A DNA stretch of 64,000 nucleotides from an uncultured Alphaproteobacteria bacterium. GTDB taxonomy: Bacteria; Pseudomonadota; Alphaproteobacteria; Rhizobiales; Xanthobacteraceae. Shown here in pieces: positions 1 to 10,235 of the stretch. The position numbers and the translations under genes were made by a program. The notes under the pieces were generated by a model. It worked only from the letters and a program-made list of their open reading frames with translations. It was not told where the DNA came from and did not search any database. Location of the stretch: contig CAVVCE010000007.1 of assembly GCA_963746235.1 (NCBI GenBank), positions 19,854 to 83,853 on the forward strand. Direction: 5' to 3'. Position 1 is the stretch's first letter; the number at the start of each line of letters is the position of its first letter.

Positions 1-203
1 CGCATGATCGCGAAAAGTTGCTGACTTTTCGGAACGATAGCGCTTGTGCCGCAGGCCGCCATCACGTTTCTGCTCCAAAAGCATGGTATCGCTTGATGCA
101 TGGGCGGCATTCTCCGTGGCCGCATATTCCCTGGGTTGCGTGCCCTGGGGAGCAATGAGATAATCGCGAAAGGGGGGCGCTGGCAGAAAGCCGGTGCAGC
201 GGG

Positions 204-623
204 ATGACTATGACCTCATCGAACGCTCCTGACCTGGCTGGAGGCGGTTCCTGGGACCTGAAGGGTGTAAACATCCTTCTGGTCGAAGACTCCTGGCATC
301 TCGGCATCGCCCTGAAGAACCTGCTCAAGGCTTGGGGCGCAGATGTGACCGGCCCGGTCGCCACCGCGGCCGAGGCCGATCGCGCGACCTCCGAGCAGAC
401 CCCCGCGGTCGCCCTGGTCGATTTGAATCTGCGCGGCGGCGAGCGGGCTTACGACCTGATCGACCGGTTGCATGACCGCGGCATCAGCGTCATCGTGACC
501 TCCGGCTACGAGGTGCTGCCGCGGCCGCCGGCGAAGGCGGTGGCCATCCTTCAGAAGCCGTTCGGCGAGGCGCAGCTCCTCGCGCTCCTGCGCCCGCTGG
601 TCGCACAAAAGGCGGCGCGGTAG
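204..623 (+). CDS. Single-domain response regulator (CheY-like receiver)
   Basis: 139-aa ORF with receiver signatures ILLVEDS, ALVDLNLRGG, VIVTSGY, LQKPF. It lies near an HWE-type kinase. Confidence 0.85.
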   Translation: MTMTSSNAPDLAGGGSWDLKGVNILLVEDSWHLGIALKNLLKAWGADVTGPVATAAEADRATSEQTPAVALVDLNLRGGERAYDLIDRLHDRGISVIVTSGYEVLPRPPAKAVAILQKPFGEAQLLALLRPLVAQKAAR

Positions 624-644
624 ACGCGTGCAGCGTGGGCGTGA

Positions 645-998
645 ATGCGTGACCGCATGGCATCAATCTCCCGCGGCTGTCTGCTCGCCCTGGCGATCGG
701 GCTCGGGGTCTGCGGATGTTCGAGCGCCTCCCGGCTCGGCGAACAGCAACAAACCATGGCGCCGACCTCCCTGGCGTTGCAGGCCGGCGACTGGATCAAG
801 GTCACGGTGGCCGGGGAGACTTCACTCAGCGGTGACTTCCAGATCGATCCGACCGGCACCGTCCTGCTCCCGCTGGCCGGCCCGACCAAGGCGGCCGGCA
901 TGACCCCGACCGCGCTCGCGGAAGCTTTGACGAAGAAATATCGCACCGAATACGTGAAAGATCCGAAGGTCAGCGTTTCCGGCCCCAGAGGTGGTTAG
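645..998 (+). pseudogene. Polysaccharide export lipoprotein (Wza/Poly_export-like), N-terminal part only
   Basis: Lipobox LGVCGC followed by a Poly_export-like stretch (GDWIKVTV..., DPTGTVLLPLAGPTKAAGMTPTALAEAL...YVKDPKVSV). It stops at 117 aa with no SLBB region, and the next gene starts about 100 nt later. Confidence 0.5.
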
Positions 999-1094
999 GT
1001 TAGGTCGTCGGGTCGGCGAGGCCGTCGCGTAGCTGCGACCCGGACGGGGCGCGGGCCACACCCCATTCTTGGTCGTTCGCCTTGGGATCGCCGC

Positions 1095-3011
1095 TCAGGC
1101 GCGGTCGAGCGGAATGACGATCGTGCAGCGCACCCCTTCGGGGGCGATCACGAGGTCGACGGTGCCGCCGAGCTCGTGGGGGATGAGATCGCGGATGAGG
1201 CTGGTGCCGTAGCCCGATTGCGCCGAAGGCGCGACCGGCGGTCCGCCGGTTTCGCGCCATGCGATCGCCAACGTCGCGCCGGCGGCGTCGGCCGGGCGCT
1301 CCCAATGCACGGACACCCGGCCATCGGGGCTCGAGAGCGCGCCGTATTTGGCGGCGTTCGTCACGAGTTCGTGAAGCACCATCGCCACCGCCTGGGTTGC
1401 CGCCGCGGTGAGCATCACGTCCGGGCCGCTGACCGTCATGTTCGCGTCCGTCGCATAGGGCGCGAGCTGGTGCCGGACGAGTTCGGTAAGGCCGGCGCCG
1501 TTCCACCGGCTCTGGCTGAGCAGCGAATGGGCCGTGGCCATGGATTGGATGCGGCCGTCGAGGGTCTGGATGAACTCGTCCATGGAGCGGCTGCCCTGGC
1601 GGGTATACATCGCGACCACGGCGACCCGAGCGAGGATGTTCTTTACGCGGTGGTCGAACTCCGCGATCAGCATGTCCTGGCGCTGTTCCGCGCGCTTGCG
1701 CTCGGTGATGTCGCGCGTCAGCCCCTTGAGAAGCACGAAGCGCCCGGCCGCGTCGAACTCGGCGCGCGACGTTTCCTCCAGCCAGACCTCCTGGCCGTCG
1801 GCGCGAATGAAGCGGAAGGTGAGCGCCTGGGAGGATTTGTCCGGGCGGACCTCGCGGATATGCGCCTTGAAACGCTCCCGGTCATCCGGATGGACCCGCT
1901 CCAGAAATTGGGTTGCGGTAAACGGCTCCTTCGGATCGAATCCCAGGATCTGCCCGGCGTTATTGCTGCGCCGCAGCGCGCCGGTGAGGACATCCCATTC
2001 GAATGCGGTCACCGCTCCGGCCGTCAGCGCCTCCTGCAGCCCGGTCTCGCTCTCCGTCAGCACGCGCTCGTGCTGGCGGCGCTCGGCGAACAGGGCGGCC
2101 AGCACGAATGCGCAAAGCGACACCGCCAGGATGCCGGCCTGGGCGCCGAGGATGCGGTCGGCAGGCAGCAGGCTCTGCTCGCCGAACAGGCCGATCCCGA
2201 AGGTCGTGGTCAAGACGATCGTGAGGGAGACGATGAATCCGGCTGCCGCGGAGAACACCGGCCGGCAACGGGCCGCAAGCCACAGCAGCAGCGGGAACAG
2301 CAGGGCGACCGGCACGACGGTCGCCCACGGCTCCTGCGGCAGGGCGATGACGAGCGCGCCCATCACCGCCAGGGCCGCGAGCGCGGTGCCGCCTTCGATG
2401 AGCTCGCTGCGCGGCGGCGGCTCGCGCACGGCCGCGGCGAGCCCGATCAGCAGCGGTGCGACGGTGACGATGCCCAGCGCGTCGGACGCGAACCAGTGGT
2501 GCCAGGTGGTCAGCAGCGGTGCCGTCGAGTGCTCGAAGAGCTTGAACCCGATCGTCCCGCCGATCCCCGAGGCGGCGCTTCCGACGATCGCCGCCGCCAG
2601 CAGGCCCAGCACGTGGCGCAGCCGGTCGAAGCTGAAGTCCGGGCCGAAATAACGCTCGATCAACGCGGCGGTGAGCACCGCTTCCCCGGCATTGCAGAGT
2701 GCGAAGACGACGGCCCCCGGAAAGCTCCGGTCGCCCATGAGGTTCGCCACGATGGTGGCGACGACCGCCCCTGCCGCCACCGGCCATCGCGCGGCGGGCC
2801 CGAGGGCGATCAGAGTGCCGGCGGAGACACCTGCGGCGGGCCAGAACACCGCCACGCCGTCGGGCTTGGTCAGCAGCAGAAGGCTGAGCTGCGCCGCCAG
2901 CAAATAGCCGATGCCGACCGCAGCGGCGAGCCCGGCCGAGCCCACCCACGGCTGCCTTTCAGCGGCGGCGGACCACTTGCCTTGGGCCCGCTTTCGCAAA
3001 TTCCGCAGCAT
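1095..3011 (-). CDS. Sensor histidine kinase, MASE1 membrane domain - PAS - HWE/HisKA_2 kinase core
   Basis: 638-aa ORF. It has a polytopic N-terminus, a PAS-like segment (AFEWDVLTG...), an H-box FDHRVKNILARV typical of HWE/HisKA_2, and an HATPase region HELVTNAAKYGA...GYGTSLI. Confidence 0.85.
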   Translation of the reverse strand: MLRNLRKRAQGKWSAAAERQPWVGSAGLAAAVGIGYLLAAQLSLLLLTKPDGVAVFWPAAGVSAGTLIALGPAARWPVAAGAVVATIVANLMGDRSFPGAVVFALCNAGEAVLTAALIERYFGPDFSFDRLRHVLGLLAAAIVGSAASGIGGTIGFKLFEHSTAPLLTTWHHWFASDALGIVTVAPLLIGLAAAVREPPPRSELIEGGTALAALAVMGALVIALPQEPWATVVPVALLFPLLLWLAARCRPVFSAAAGFIVSLTIVLTTTFGIGLFGEQSLLPADRILGAQAGILAVSLCAFVLAALFAERRQHERVLTESETGLQEALTAGAVTAFEWDVLTGALRRSNNAGQILGFDPKEPFTATQFLERVHPDDRERFKAHIREVRPDKSSQALTFRFIRADGQEVWLEETSRAEFDAAGRFVLLKGLTRDITERKRAEQRQDMLIAEFDHRVKNILARVAVVAMYTRQGSRSMDEFIQTLDGRIQSMATAHSLLSQSRWNGAGLTELVRHQLAPYATDANMTVSGPDVMLTAAATQAVAMVLHELVTNAAKYGALSSPDGRVSVHWERPADAAGATLAIAWRETGGPPVAPSAQSGYGTSLIRDLIPHELGGTVDLVIAPEGVRCTIVIPLDRA

Positions 3012-3331
3012 GTTGCACCCTCACGCGAATTGTAGCACAGGAAATACAACGCAAGTCGAGATGGAGTTTGGTCGCGGAGCGGCTATGCGCCGGTGCCGCC
3101 GGCGGCGACGGAATGGGTGGGCTCATGCCCGCCGGGAGGAGAATTTGACTGGGGGGCGGCGGCGAGGGAGGATGAGAATGCCGGTCCTGCTTCTGCGCGA
3201 GGATGCCGCGAATTCGACAAGCCGAAACGAATAAACGGCCTAAAGGGCCAAAAGGGGCGCGGGTATCGAGCGCCAGCCGCGCCGCCGACGTGTCCGCATG
3301 ATTGGTGCAATGATTGGGCAGGGAGACATAG

Positions 3332-3523
3332 ATGGCAAAGAAAACGGTGAAGCGGCGGGAGTGGACGAAAGAGGACGTCCGCACGCTCAAGAGCCTCGCG
3401 CGGGAGAAGACCAAGACCCCGGCGATTGCGCGCAAGCTCAAGCGCAGCGTCGGGGCGCTGTATCAGCAGGCCTCCAAGCTCGGCGTCTCGCTGGGAGCGC
3501 CGCGCAAGAAGCGGAAGAAATAA
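3332..3523 (+). CDS. Small basic protein, possible SANT/Myb-like HTH
   Basis: 63-aa ORF preceded by a GGGAGA RBS. Sequence is lysine/arginine-rich: EWTKEDVRTLKSLAREKTKTPAIARKLKRSVGALYQQASKLG. Confidence 0.5.
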   Translation: MAKKTVKRREWTKEDVRTLKSLAREKTKTPAIARKLKRSVGALYQQASKLGVSLGAPRKKRKK

Positions 3524-3549
3524 GCGCAAGCCGCGACACGGATCGCATC

Positions 3550-3575
3550 GGCTCCGGCTCGTCCGGGCCGGAGCC
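3550..3575 (+). terminator. GC-rich hairpin downstream of the small basic-protein gene
   Basis: GGCTCCGGC (3550-3558) pairs with GCCGGAGCC (3567-3575) across an 8-nt loop. There is no U-tract, so function is uncertain. Confidence 0.3.
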
Positions 3576-3776
3576 CCGCGCCCGCTGTCGGTTGGCGGCC
3601 GGCGCAGGTTTCGCGTGTAGCTGACCACGCTGATTTCGGCCCGCGCGATGGCCCATTTTTTGCCCACAATTTTATTCGGCCGGCAGGTCCTACCGGGATC
3701 ATAAGGGCGGCCGGGCGCCGACGCGGGGCGCGCACCCTACTGTGCCTCGCGGCCTGAAACTGGTTAGGAGAGGCGC

Positions 3777-4309
3777 ATGCGCATTGCCGTCGGTGCAGTC
3801 GTCTGATCTGCGGCTTGGTGCCGCCCGGCTTGGTGTCGCCCGGCTTGGCACAACCGAGCCGGGCGATGGCCCGGCACGCGCAAGTCTTCCACGGGCAAGT
3901 CTTCCACAGGCAGGTCTTCCACGCGCAAGTCGCCGCGGGGTGCGGATGGATCGGTGTCCAGGTCAGTCCGATGACGCGGGCATTCGCCGACAGCCTCGGC
4001 ATGGCGGAGCCCTACGGCGCAATTTTTGACCAGCCGGAAGCCGGAAGCCCCGCCGCGGACGGGGGAATCCAGGCAGGCGATGTGATCACCGCCATCAACG
4101 GCTCGCCGGTCATGCGTTCCAGCGATTTCGCCGCGATGATCGCCGCGCTGGCACCGAACACGACGGCCTATCTCACCACATCTCGCGATGGCCAGACGAT
4201 CGAGGTCATGCTGATGACCGGCTCGGGCAAATGCCCGGGCGCGCAGCACGGCGGCGTGCTCATTCCCGCCGGAGCAAACCTCGGCCGGCTGAGCGACGGA
4301 CTGGGATAA
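3777..4309 (+). pseudogene. Secreted PDZ-domain protein, apparent -1 frameshift inside the signal peptide
   Basis: ATG at 3777 gives MRIAVGAVV then a stop. Shifting one base joins it to LICGLVPPGLVSPGLAQPSRA... in the 3815..4309 ORF, and together they form a good signal peptide. PDZ core: GIQAGDVITAINGSPV... Confidence 0.55.
3811..3931 (+). repeat. Two adjacent 15-bp in-frame tandem repeat arrays
   Basis: CGGCTTGGTGNCGCC x3 (3811-3855) and GCAAGTCTTCCACNG x3.5 (3880-3931). They encode PGLVx and QVFHx pentapeptide repeats. Confidence 0.9.
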
Positions 4310-4356
4310 GGCGTCGGCTTTCGGCGGCGGCACGCGCTTGGATCAGTTCGCTCGGA

Positions 4357-5217
4357 TCAATTCTGCGTTCGCTTGAAATATTTCAAATCCGGCGGCGGCT
4401 GGTCCTTTTTCATCGGCATGATGGTGGTGCCGTCGGCGCTGCGGAAATAGACCTCGGTGCCGATCGTGATATGGGCCTGACCTTCGTTGCAATTGTCGTT
4501 GGCCCACCAGACCTCTGCCCGGCGTTTGAAGGTCTTCACCACCGTCCACGGCCGGGTCAGGGAATTGTCGATCGTCGTCATCTCGACGCGCAGGATGCCT
4601 GGATCGCTCTTGTCGCTGGAGATCCGCTCGGTGATGACGCCCTCGTCGTCGGCGGCCATGGGCATGCCGGACTGGTCCCACACGCGCGGTCCGCGCACAT
4701 GCCGGGTCTCGACCTCGAGCGTGTCGAAGCGGCCGTCGCCGTCGCTATCGAGCCATTTGCCGATCGAGTAGCCGGTGAACCAGGTTTCCTCAGTCTTCGG
4801 CCAATCGCGTCCGTCGGTATAGATGCGGCGCGGCGAAAATTCGGTCCGCTCGAACAGCATGTGGGTGACGCCCGGCGAGATCAGAAATTCAAACGGCGAC
4901 ACGCCCGACATCATCCTGGGCATCGCCTGCGGCAGGCAGGTGTAGCCGGTGTCGAGTCCATGACCGCCGGCATCCTGGTCCTTGATGCTGGCCTCGAACT
5001 GCGCCTGGTATTCGGGCTTCAGCGGCGCCTCCTGTTTGCGCAGCGGCTTCGACTGGTCGTAGCGCGGATTGCCGCCATAGGTGCGCGTCCACTGGCCCGA
5101 CCAGTCGGGGAACTTCGATTCGTCGTGCGCCGATGCGGCACTGCACGCCACGCCCAGCGAAACCGCCAGTGCGAACGCACCAATCGAACGTCGATCGAGC
5201 ATCATCTTCCTCTCCAT
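4357..5217 (-). CDS. Secreted conserved protein of unknown function (paralog A)
   Basis: Signal peptide MERKMMLDRRSIGAFALAVSLGVACSAASA. Shares motifs with ORF 10236..11096: FTDGRDWP, GYSIGKW.D.DGDGR.D.LEVETR, LTRPWTV.K, PPPDL.YFK. Confidence 0.7.
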   Translation of the reverse strand: MERKMMLDRRSIGAFALAVSLGVACSAASAHDESKFPDWSGQWTRTYGGNPRYDQSKPLRKQEAPLKPEYQAQFEASIKDQDAGGHGLDTGYTCLPQAMPRMMSGVSPFEFLISPGVTHMLFERTEFSPRRIYTDGRDWPKTEETWFTGYSIGKWLDSDGDGRFDTLEVETRHVRGPRVWDQSGMPMAADDEGVITERISSDKSDPGILRVEMTTIDNSLTRPWTVVKTFKRRAEVWWANDNCNEGQAHITIGTEVYFRSADGTTIMPMKKDQPPPDLKYFKRTQN

Positions 5218-5440
5218 CGCCAATCCGGCAAGCCTGCGCTGCGCCGCTGTCTGGGGGGCTGCGCCACTCCCCGCTTGGGCAGGCCTTATCATGCGGCCGC
5301 AGCGGCCGCCACAGACCATGTACGACATGCCGATCGCTGGAATACCGCGGCTGCCGGCGTTGCGTCGACGCTCTCATGCCGGCGACCGGAGGACGCAGTG
5401 CGTTGGGCAGACCCTGCCGTTCCGCTCCCACGACCACAGC

Positions 5441-6892
5441 TCAGAGCCCGCTGCGGAACGCCTGGTAGGTCTTGCTGTTGCGCAGCGCCACGGCGCCGCC
5501 TTCGATCAGCAAGTCGACCTGATCGGCCGGAAGGGTGAGCCGCGTCGCCACCGCCTCCAGGACGGCGGCACGGGCCGGCCCAAGGCGCTCGAAGCTCACG
5601 CGTTCGATGAAGGCGTTGAGATCGTCGCATTTCCAACCCGCAGGCACGCCGATCCGGGCGCGGTCGGCCGGCGACAATCCGCAGCGCCAGTGCCGCACTT
5701 TCGCGCTCCACTCGGCAAGCAGCGTGGAGAACGCCGCGTAGCTCGAGCGCACGCTCGCATCGATGGCTGTGTCGGCGGCCGCCGCCACCAGCTCGGTACC
5801 GCTCGGCCCCTCGAGGCTGTTGGCCCAATTGCCGGACAATCCGCGCCCGGCATCGACCACCAGGACCATTATCCGGCGCACCCGCACCGCCTGCTTTTCA
5901 GTCATCGGATCATGCGCCCGCTGCGCCGACAATATCCCGATGCTGAATCCCGACAGGCCGAAATTGTCGACCAGCCCGCCGTCGAGCAGCTTCACGTATT
6001 TCATCGAGCCGTCGTGATAGCGCGCGGTCGCTTCGGCAAACGAGCGCAGCAAAGGCTGCGCATCCGGATTGCGCCGCGCGCGCTCGATCCAGTCGGGCAG
6101 CCGGGTCGAGCAGCCGCCGGGAAAGGTCTCCAGCACGATGGGCGCGAACGCCAGCGGCACCGCCGCCGAGGCCGCCACCGCATCGGCGATCTTGTAGGAG
6201 CGGATGTCGCTGCACAGCGCATCGAACGCGACCGGGCCGAACACGAACGGCGTGCGGTTGTAGATGTCGGATGCGTTGATCCAGACCTGCGGCCGGTGCC
6301 CTCGGCCGAGCGCATCGAAGGTCGCGCCGTCGAACAGGTTCTCATCGAGCCAGCGCGGAAACTGGTTGTCGTTGACGCCGCCGTTCAAGGCGCGGCCGAT
6401 GTTGGCGAGGCTCACCGCGGTCTTGAGGTTTTCCTCCGCGTTGCGCAGCAGGAACCGCTCGCGGAAGTCCGCGAGCGCGGCGCGCTGCTTCAAGCCGAAA
6501 TAGGCCGCGGTGATCGATCCGCCGGAGACGCCGGAGACGAAGTCGACGCGGTCGAGCAGCGATTTCGCGGACGGGCCCGAACGGGCGCGATCGAGCTCCT
6601 GCAACACGCCGAAGGAAAATGCGGCCGCCCGGGTGCCGCCGCCCGAGAACGACAACATCAGGAGGACATCGTCGTCGAAGCTCGGGTCCATCCGCCCGAT
6701 GTCGTAGACGGGCACCGGGCTGAGCAGCGGCCGATTGGCGGGGAGATTGTAGACCGACGCGCAGCCCGCCACCGCAAGCGCGCCTGTCAGCAGCAACAGC
6801 GTGAAGATCCGAAAGCGCAAATTGATGATCCCCCACCTCCTGCTTTGGCTATATCGGCCCTGCGCGCCCCATGCGCAACCCGGCCAAGACAC
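5441..6892 (-). CDS. Patatin-like phospholipase, probable lipoprotein
   Basis: Motifs GGGTRAAAF (oxyanion), GVSGGS (GxSxG) and DGGLVDN (DGG), with lipobox LAVAGC. The true start may be the TTG at 6820 after a GGAGG. Confidence 0.8.
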   Translation of the reverse strand: MSWPGCAWGAQGRYSQSRRWGIINLRFRIFTLLLLTGALAVAGCASVYNLPANRPLLSPVPVYDIGRMDPSFDDDVLLMLSFSGGGTRAAAFSFGVLQELDRARSGPSAKSLLDRVDFVSGVSGGSITAAYFGLKQRAALADFRERFLLRNAEENLKTAVSLANIGRALNGGVNDNQFPRWLDENLFDGATFDALGRGHRPQVWINASDIYNRTPFVFGPVAFDALCSDIRSYKIADAVAASAAVPLAFAPIVLETFPGGCSTRLPDWIERARRNPDAQPLLRSFAEATARYHDGSMKYVKLLDGGLVDNFGLSGFSIGILSAQRAHDPMTEKQAVRVRRIMVLVVDAGRGLSGNWANSLEGPSGTELVAAAADTAIDASVRSSYAAFSTLLAEWSAKVRHWRCGLSPADRARIGVPAGWKCDDLNAFIERVSFERLGPARAAVLEAVATRLTLPADQVDLLIEGGAVALRNSKTYQAFRSGL

Positions 6893-7109
6893 CGGCCAAG
6901 CAGATACCTTAGCCGAGCCGCGGCAAAATATCCTACCTCGGGGTTCGCCGTCGTGCGGCGCCTCCGAGATGACACCGTAAAGGCGCGGTGCTGCTCAGCT
7001 TTGTTCTTGCTTGGCCCAGAAGGCGATAGCCGTCGTCGGCCGTCGGCGCGCCCATGATGGGTTTCGCAAGAGGCTCAACCCATCCTACGAGCCCTTACGA
7101 GGCAGGCCC

Positions 7110-7881
7110 CTACCGGTTCCTGAACTTCGCCGGGCGCTTCTCCACGAAGGCGGCCATGCCTTCCTTCTGGTCTTCGGTGGCGAACAGGGAATGGAACACC
7201 CGCCGCTCGAACTGCACGCCTTCGGCCAGCGGGACCTCGAAGGCGCGGTTCACGGTTTCCTTGGCGACCATCACCGAAGGCAGCGACATTGCCGCGATGG
7301 AAGCGGCCGCCTTCATCGCCTCGTCCATGAGGTCGGCGGCGGGCACGATGCGGGCGACGAGGCCTGCAGCGCTCGGCCTCGGCGGCGTCCATCATCCGTC
7401 CGGTGAGGAGCATGTCCATGGCCTTGGCCTTGCCGACGGCGCGGGTCAGGCGCTGGGTGCCGCCGATGCCGGGGATGATGCCGAGCTTGATTTCCGGCTG
7501 GCCGAACTTGGCGTTGTCGGCGGCAATGATGAAGTCGCATAGCATGGCCAGCTCGCAGCCGCCGCCCAACGCAAAGCCCGCCACCGCCGCGATCACCGGC
7601 TTGCGCGCATGGGCGATGCGATCCCAGGTGGCGGCGAAATTGCCCATGAAGGCTTCCATGTAGGTCTTGGTCGCCATCTCCTTGATGTCGGCCCCGGCGG
7701 CGAACGCCTTTTCCGATCCGGTGACGACCATGCAGCCGATGTCCGCATCCGCCTCGAAGGCATCGACGGCGGCGGCGATCTCGGCGATCATCGCGGTGTT
7801 GAGCGCATTGAGCGCGTTCGGGCGATTGAGGCGGATCAGTCCGACCCGGCCCGTGGTTTCGACGATGATGTGCTGGCTCAT
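7110..7881 (-). pseudogene. Enoyl-CoA hydratase/isomerase (crotonase), interrupted by a +1 frameshift near 7368
   Basis: The N-terminal 170 aa ([21 protein letters not shown]...[11 protein letters not shown]...[11 protein letters not shown]) are in one frame. The C-terminal part ([13 protein letters not shown]...[12 protein letters not shown]) is in the frame of ORF 7110..7346. Total length is 3n+1. Confidence 0.8.
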
Positions 7882-8064
7882 GGCGCGGCCCTCGTTGCGT
7901 TTCAAACGCGTAGCCGAGCCCGGCAGAGCTGGCAATCGGAGCTGCGAAATGGTTAACGCGGCGTCCTCGCTCTCCCGTTTACGAGGGGCGGAGTCGCGGC
8001 CATCGAAAGCTTAAGAAGTCCGTGGTAAGAGCGCGGCCGAACCGATGCCGCCAGACCACGCAAG

Positions 8065-9261
8065 ATGACCAGTGCACCCCCCGATGTCTATTCGCAGGCC
8101 GACCTCCTGGTCGGATCGTACGAGCGCGCCGGCTACGCCCGGGTGTCGCCGTCGATCCTGCAGCCTGCCGAGCCGTTCCTCGACCTCGCCGGCGAGGACA
8201 TGCGGCGGCACATGTACCTCCTCGCCGATTCCGCCGGCCACGAATTGTGCCTGCGGCCCGACCTCACGATCCCGGTCGCCCGCGACTACCTCGCCTCGTC
8301 GGCGTCGGCGCGGCCGGCGGGCTTCTGCTACCTCGGCGCGGTGTTCCGCGACCCCGGCTCCCGCTTCCCCCTGGGCTCCGGCTTTCCCTTGGGCTCCGGC
8401 GAATTCCTCCAGGCCGGCATCGAATCCTTCGGCCGGGCCGACACCGCGGCCGCCGATGCCGAGGCGCTGTCGCTCGGGCTGGAAGCCACCGCCCATTACG
8501 GCATCGCCGATCCCGCGATCCTCACCGGCGATGTCTCGCTGTTCTCCGCGCTGATCGCAGCGCTCAAACTCGCCCCGGCATGGAAGCGGCGCCTGCTCAA
8601 GGATTTCAACCGCAAGGCGACGCTCGCCGAGGATCTCCAGCGCCTCGCGCTGGCGCCCGTGAACGGCCGCCCCGAGCACCAGGGCGTGCTCGCCGCGCTG
8701 GCCGACGCCAATCCCAAAGCGGCCCACGCGCTCGTCACCGATCTGCTGTCGATCGCCGGAATCAGCGCGGTCGGCGGGCGCTCCATCGGCGAGATCGCCG
8801 ACCGTTTCGTCGAACAGGCCGAGCTCGGCGCCTCCGATGCGCTGCCGGGCGAGACCCGCGCGCTGATCGAGCGGTTTCTCGCGGTCGCCGGCACGCCCGA
8901 TGACGCGGTGGCGGCGTTGCGCGCACTCGTGGAGGACGCCGGCATCTCGCTCGACCCCGCACTCGATCTGTTCGAGAGCCGCACCGGCTTTCTCGCCGCC
9001 AGCGGCGTCGATGTCACCCGCATCCGGTTCGAGACCGGCTTCGGCCGCGGCGTCGACTACTACACCGGCTTCGTGTTCGAGCTGCACGACAGGCAGGGCC
9101 GTGCCGACGGCCAATTGGTCGCGGGCGGCCGCTATGACGCCCTGCTGACCCGGCTCGGCAGCACCCGGCCGGTCCCCGCCGTCGGCCTCGCGGTGTGGAT
9201 CGAGCGGCTCGCCGCGCTGGGAGCCGGCGTCGCAGGTAGTGCGTCGCGGGGCCGGTCATGA
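8065..9261 (+). CDS. hisZ: ATP phosphoribosyltransferase regulatory subunit
   Basis: 398-aa HisRS-like paralog ([34 protein letters not shown]). Its stop overlaps the hisG start (ATGA at 9258-9261). Confidence 0.85.
   Translation: MTSAPPDVYSQADLLVGSYERAGYARVSPSILQPAEPFLDLAGEDMRRHMYLLADSAGHELCLRPDLTIPVARDYLASSASARPAGFCYLGAVFRDPGSRFPLGSGFPLGSGEFLQAGIESFGRADTAAADAEALSLGLEATAHYGIADPAILTGDVSLFSALIAALKLAPAWKRRLLKDFNRKATLAEDLQRLALAPVNGRPEHQGVLAALADANPKAAHALVTDLLSIAGISAVGGRSIGEIADRFVEQAELGASDALPGETRALIERFLAVAGTPDDAVAALRALVEDAGISLDPALDLFESRTGFLAASGVDVTRIRFETGFGRGVDYYTGFVFELHDRQGRADGQLVAGGRYDALLTRLGSTRPVPAVGLAVWIERLAALGAGVAGSASRGRS
8356..8406 (+). repeat. Imperfect 18-bp in-frame tandem repeat inside hisZ
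   Basis: GGCTCCCGCTTCCCCCTG / GGCTCCGGCTTTCCCTTG / GGCTCCGGCGAATTC, encoding [17 protein letters not shown]. Confidence 0.85.
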
Positions 9262-10232
9262 GCGCCCTCGTTCTCGCGGTGCCGGCCAAGGGCCGGCTGC
9301 AGGAAAACGCCGAGCGGTTCTTCGCCCGCGCCGGGCTCGAACTGGTCAAGCCGCGCGGCGTGCGCGACTACCGCGGCGCCATTGCGCGGCTCGACGGCGT
9401 CGAGGTCGCGTTCCTGTCGGCGTCCGAGATCACCCAGCAGCTCGCCGCCGGCGCCGTGCATTTCGGCATCACCGGCGAAGACCTGGTGCGGGAGATGATC
9501 CCGGCGGCGGATGCCAAGGTGGTGCTCATCGACGGCCTCGGCTTCGGCCATGCCAATGTGGTGGTCGCGGTGCCCGAGGCCTGGATCGACGTGCGCAACA
9601 TGGCCGATCTCGACGACGTCGCGACCTCGTTTCGCCTGACGCATGACCGCCGGCTGCGGGTCGCGACCAAGTACATCAATCTCACCCGCGGCTTCTTCTC
9701 CGGCCACGGCATCGTCGACTACCGCATCGTCGAGAGCGCCGGCGCCACCGAAGGCGCCCCCGCCGCCGGCACTGCCGAGCTGATCGTCGACATCACGACC
9801 ACCGGCACCACGCTCGCCGCCAACGGCCTCAAGATCGTCGAGGACGGCACGATACTGCGGTCCCAGGCCAACCTCGTCGCCTCGCGCGCGGCGTCCTGGG
9901 GCGAGGGCGAACTCAGCCTCGCCGCGCTGATCCTCGACCGCATCGAGGCGCAGGCGCGCGCGCGCCGCTACAAGGAGGTGCGCACCCGCTTCGCCGGCTG
10001 CAACGACACGCTGCTCGATCTCGCCAAGTCGAAATTCGGCGTCGCGACCCCGTTCGGCGGCCCGACCTCGTCGGGCATGCTGACGCTGCACTGCCCGCCC
10101 GACGCCATCCATCGCCTCGCGATGTTCCTGCGCGAGCACGGCGCCGAGAGCGTCATCGTGGCGGACATCGAATACGTCTTCACCCGCGACAATCCGCTGT
10201 TCGCCAAGCTCGCAGCTTCTGTCGGGGCGTGA
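9258..10232 (+). CDS. hisG: ATP phosphoribosyltransferase (324 aa, extended C-terminus)
   Basis: N-terminus [17 protein letters not shown], core TKYINLTR and [19 protein letters not shown], translationally coupled to hisZ. Confidence 0.9.
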   Translation: MSALVLAVPAKGRLQENAERFFARAGLELVKPRGVRDYRGAIARLDGVEVAFLSASEITQQLAAGAVHFGITGEDLVREMIPAADAKVVLIDGLGFGHANVVVAVPEAWIDVRNMADLDDVATSFRLTHDRRLRVATKYINLTRGFFSGHGIVDYRIVESAGATEGAPAAGTAELIVDITTTGTTLAANGLKIVEDGTILRSQANLVASRAASWGEGELSLAALILDRIEAQARARRYKEVRTRFAGCNDTLLDLAKSKFGVATPFGGPTSSGMLTLHCPPDAIHRLAMFLREHGAESVIVADIEYVFTRDNPLFAKLAASVGA

Positions 10233-10235
10233 GGC

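Noticed and set aside
1176-3035. 619-aa plus-strand ORF overlapping the HWE kinase gene
   Set aside because: It is an Arg/Gly/Ala/Pro-rich shadow ORF antisense to a gene with clear kinase motifs, which is typical of high-GC DNA.
5081-7057. 658-aa plus-strand ORF across the patatin gene
   Set aside because: Antisense shadow ORF with low-complexity Arg/Ala-rich composition and no motifs.
7340-7380. Programmed ribosomal frameshifting at this and the other frame breaks
   Set aside because: There are no slippery heptamers or stimulatory structures. The sites are heterogeneous (+1 and -1), and these gene families are not known to use recoding.
8011-9114. 367-aa minus-strand ORF across hisZ
   Set aside because: Antisense shadow of a well-supported hisZ.
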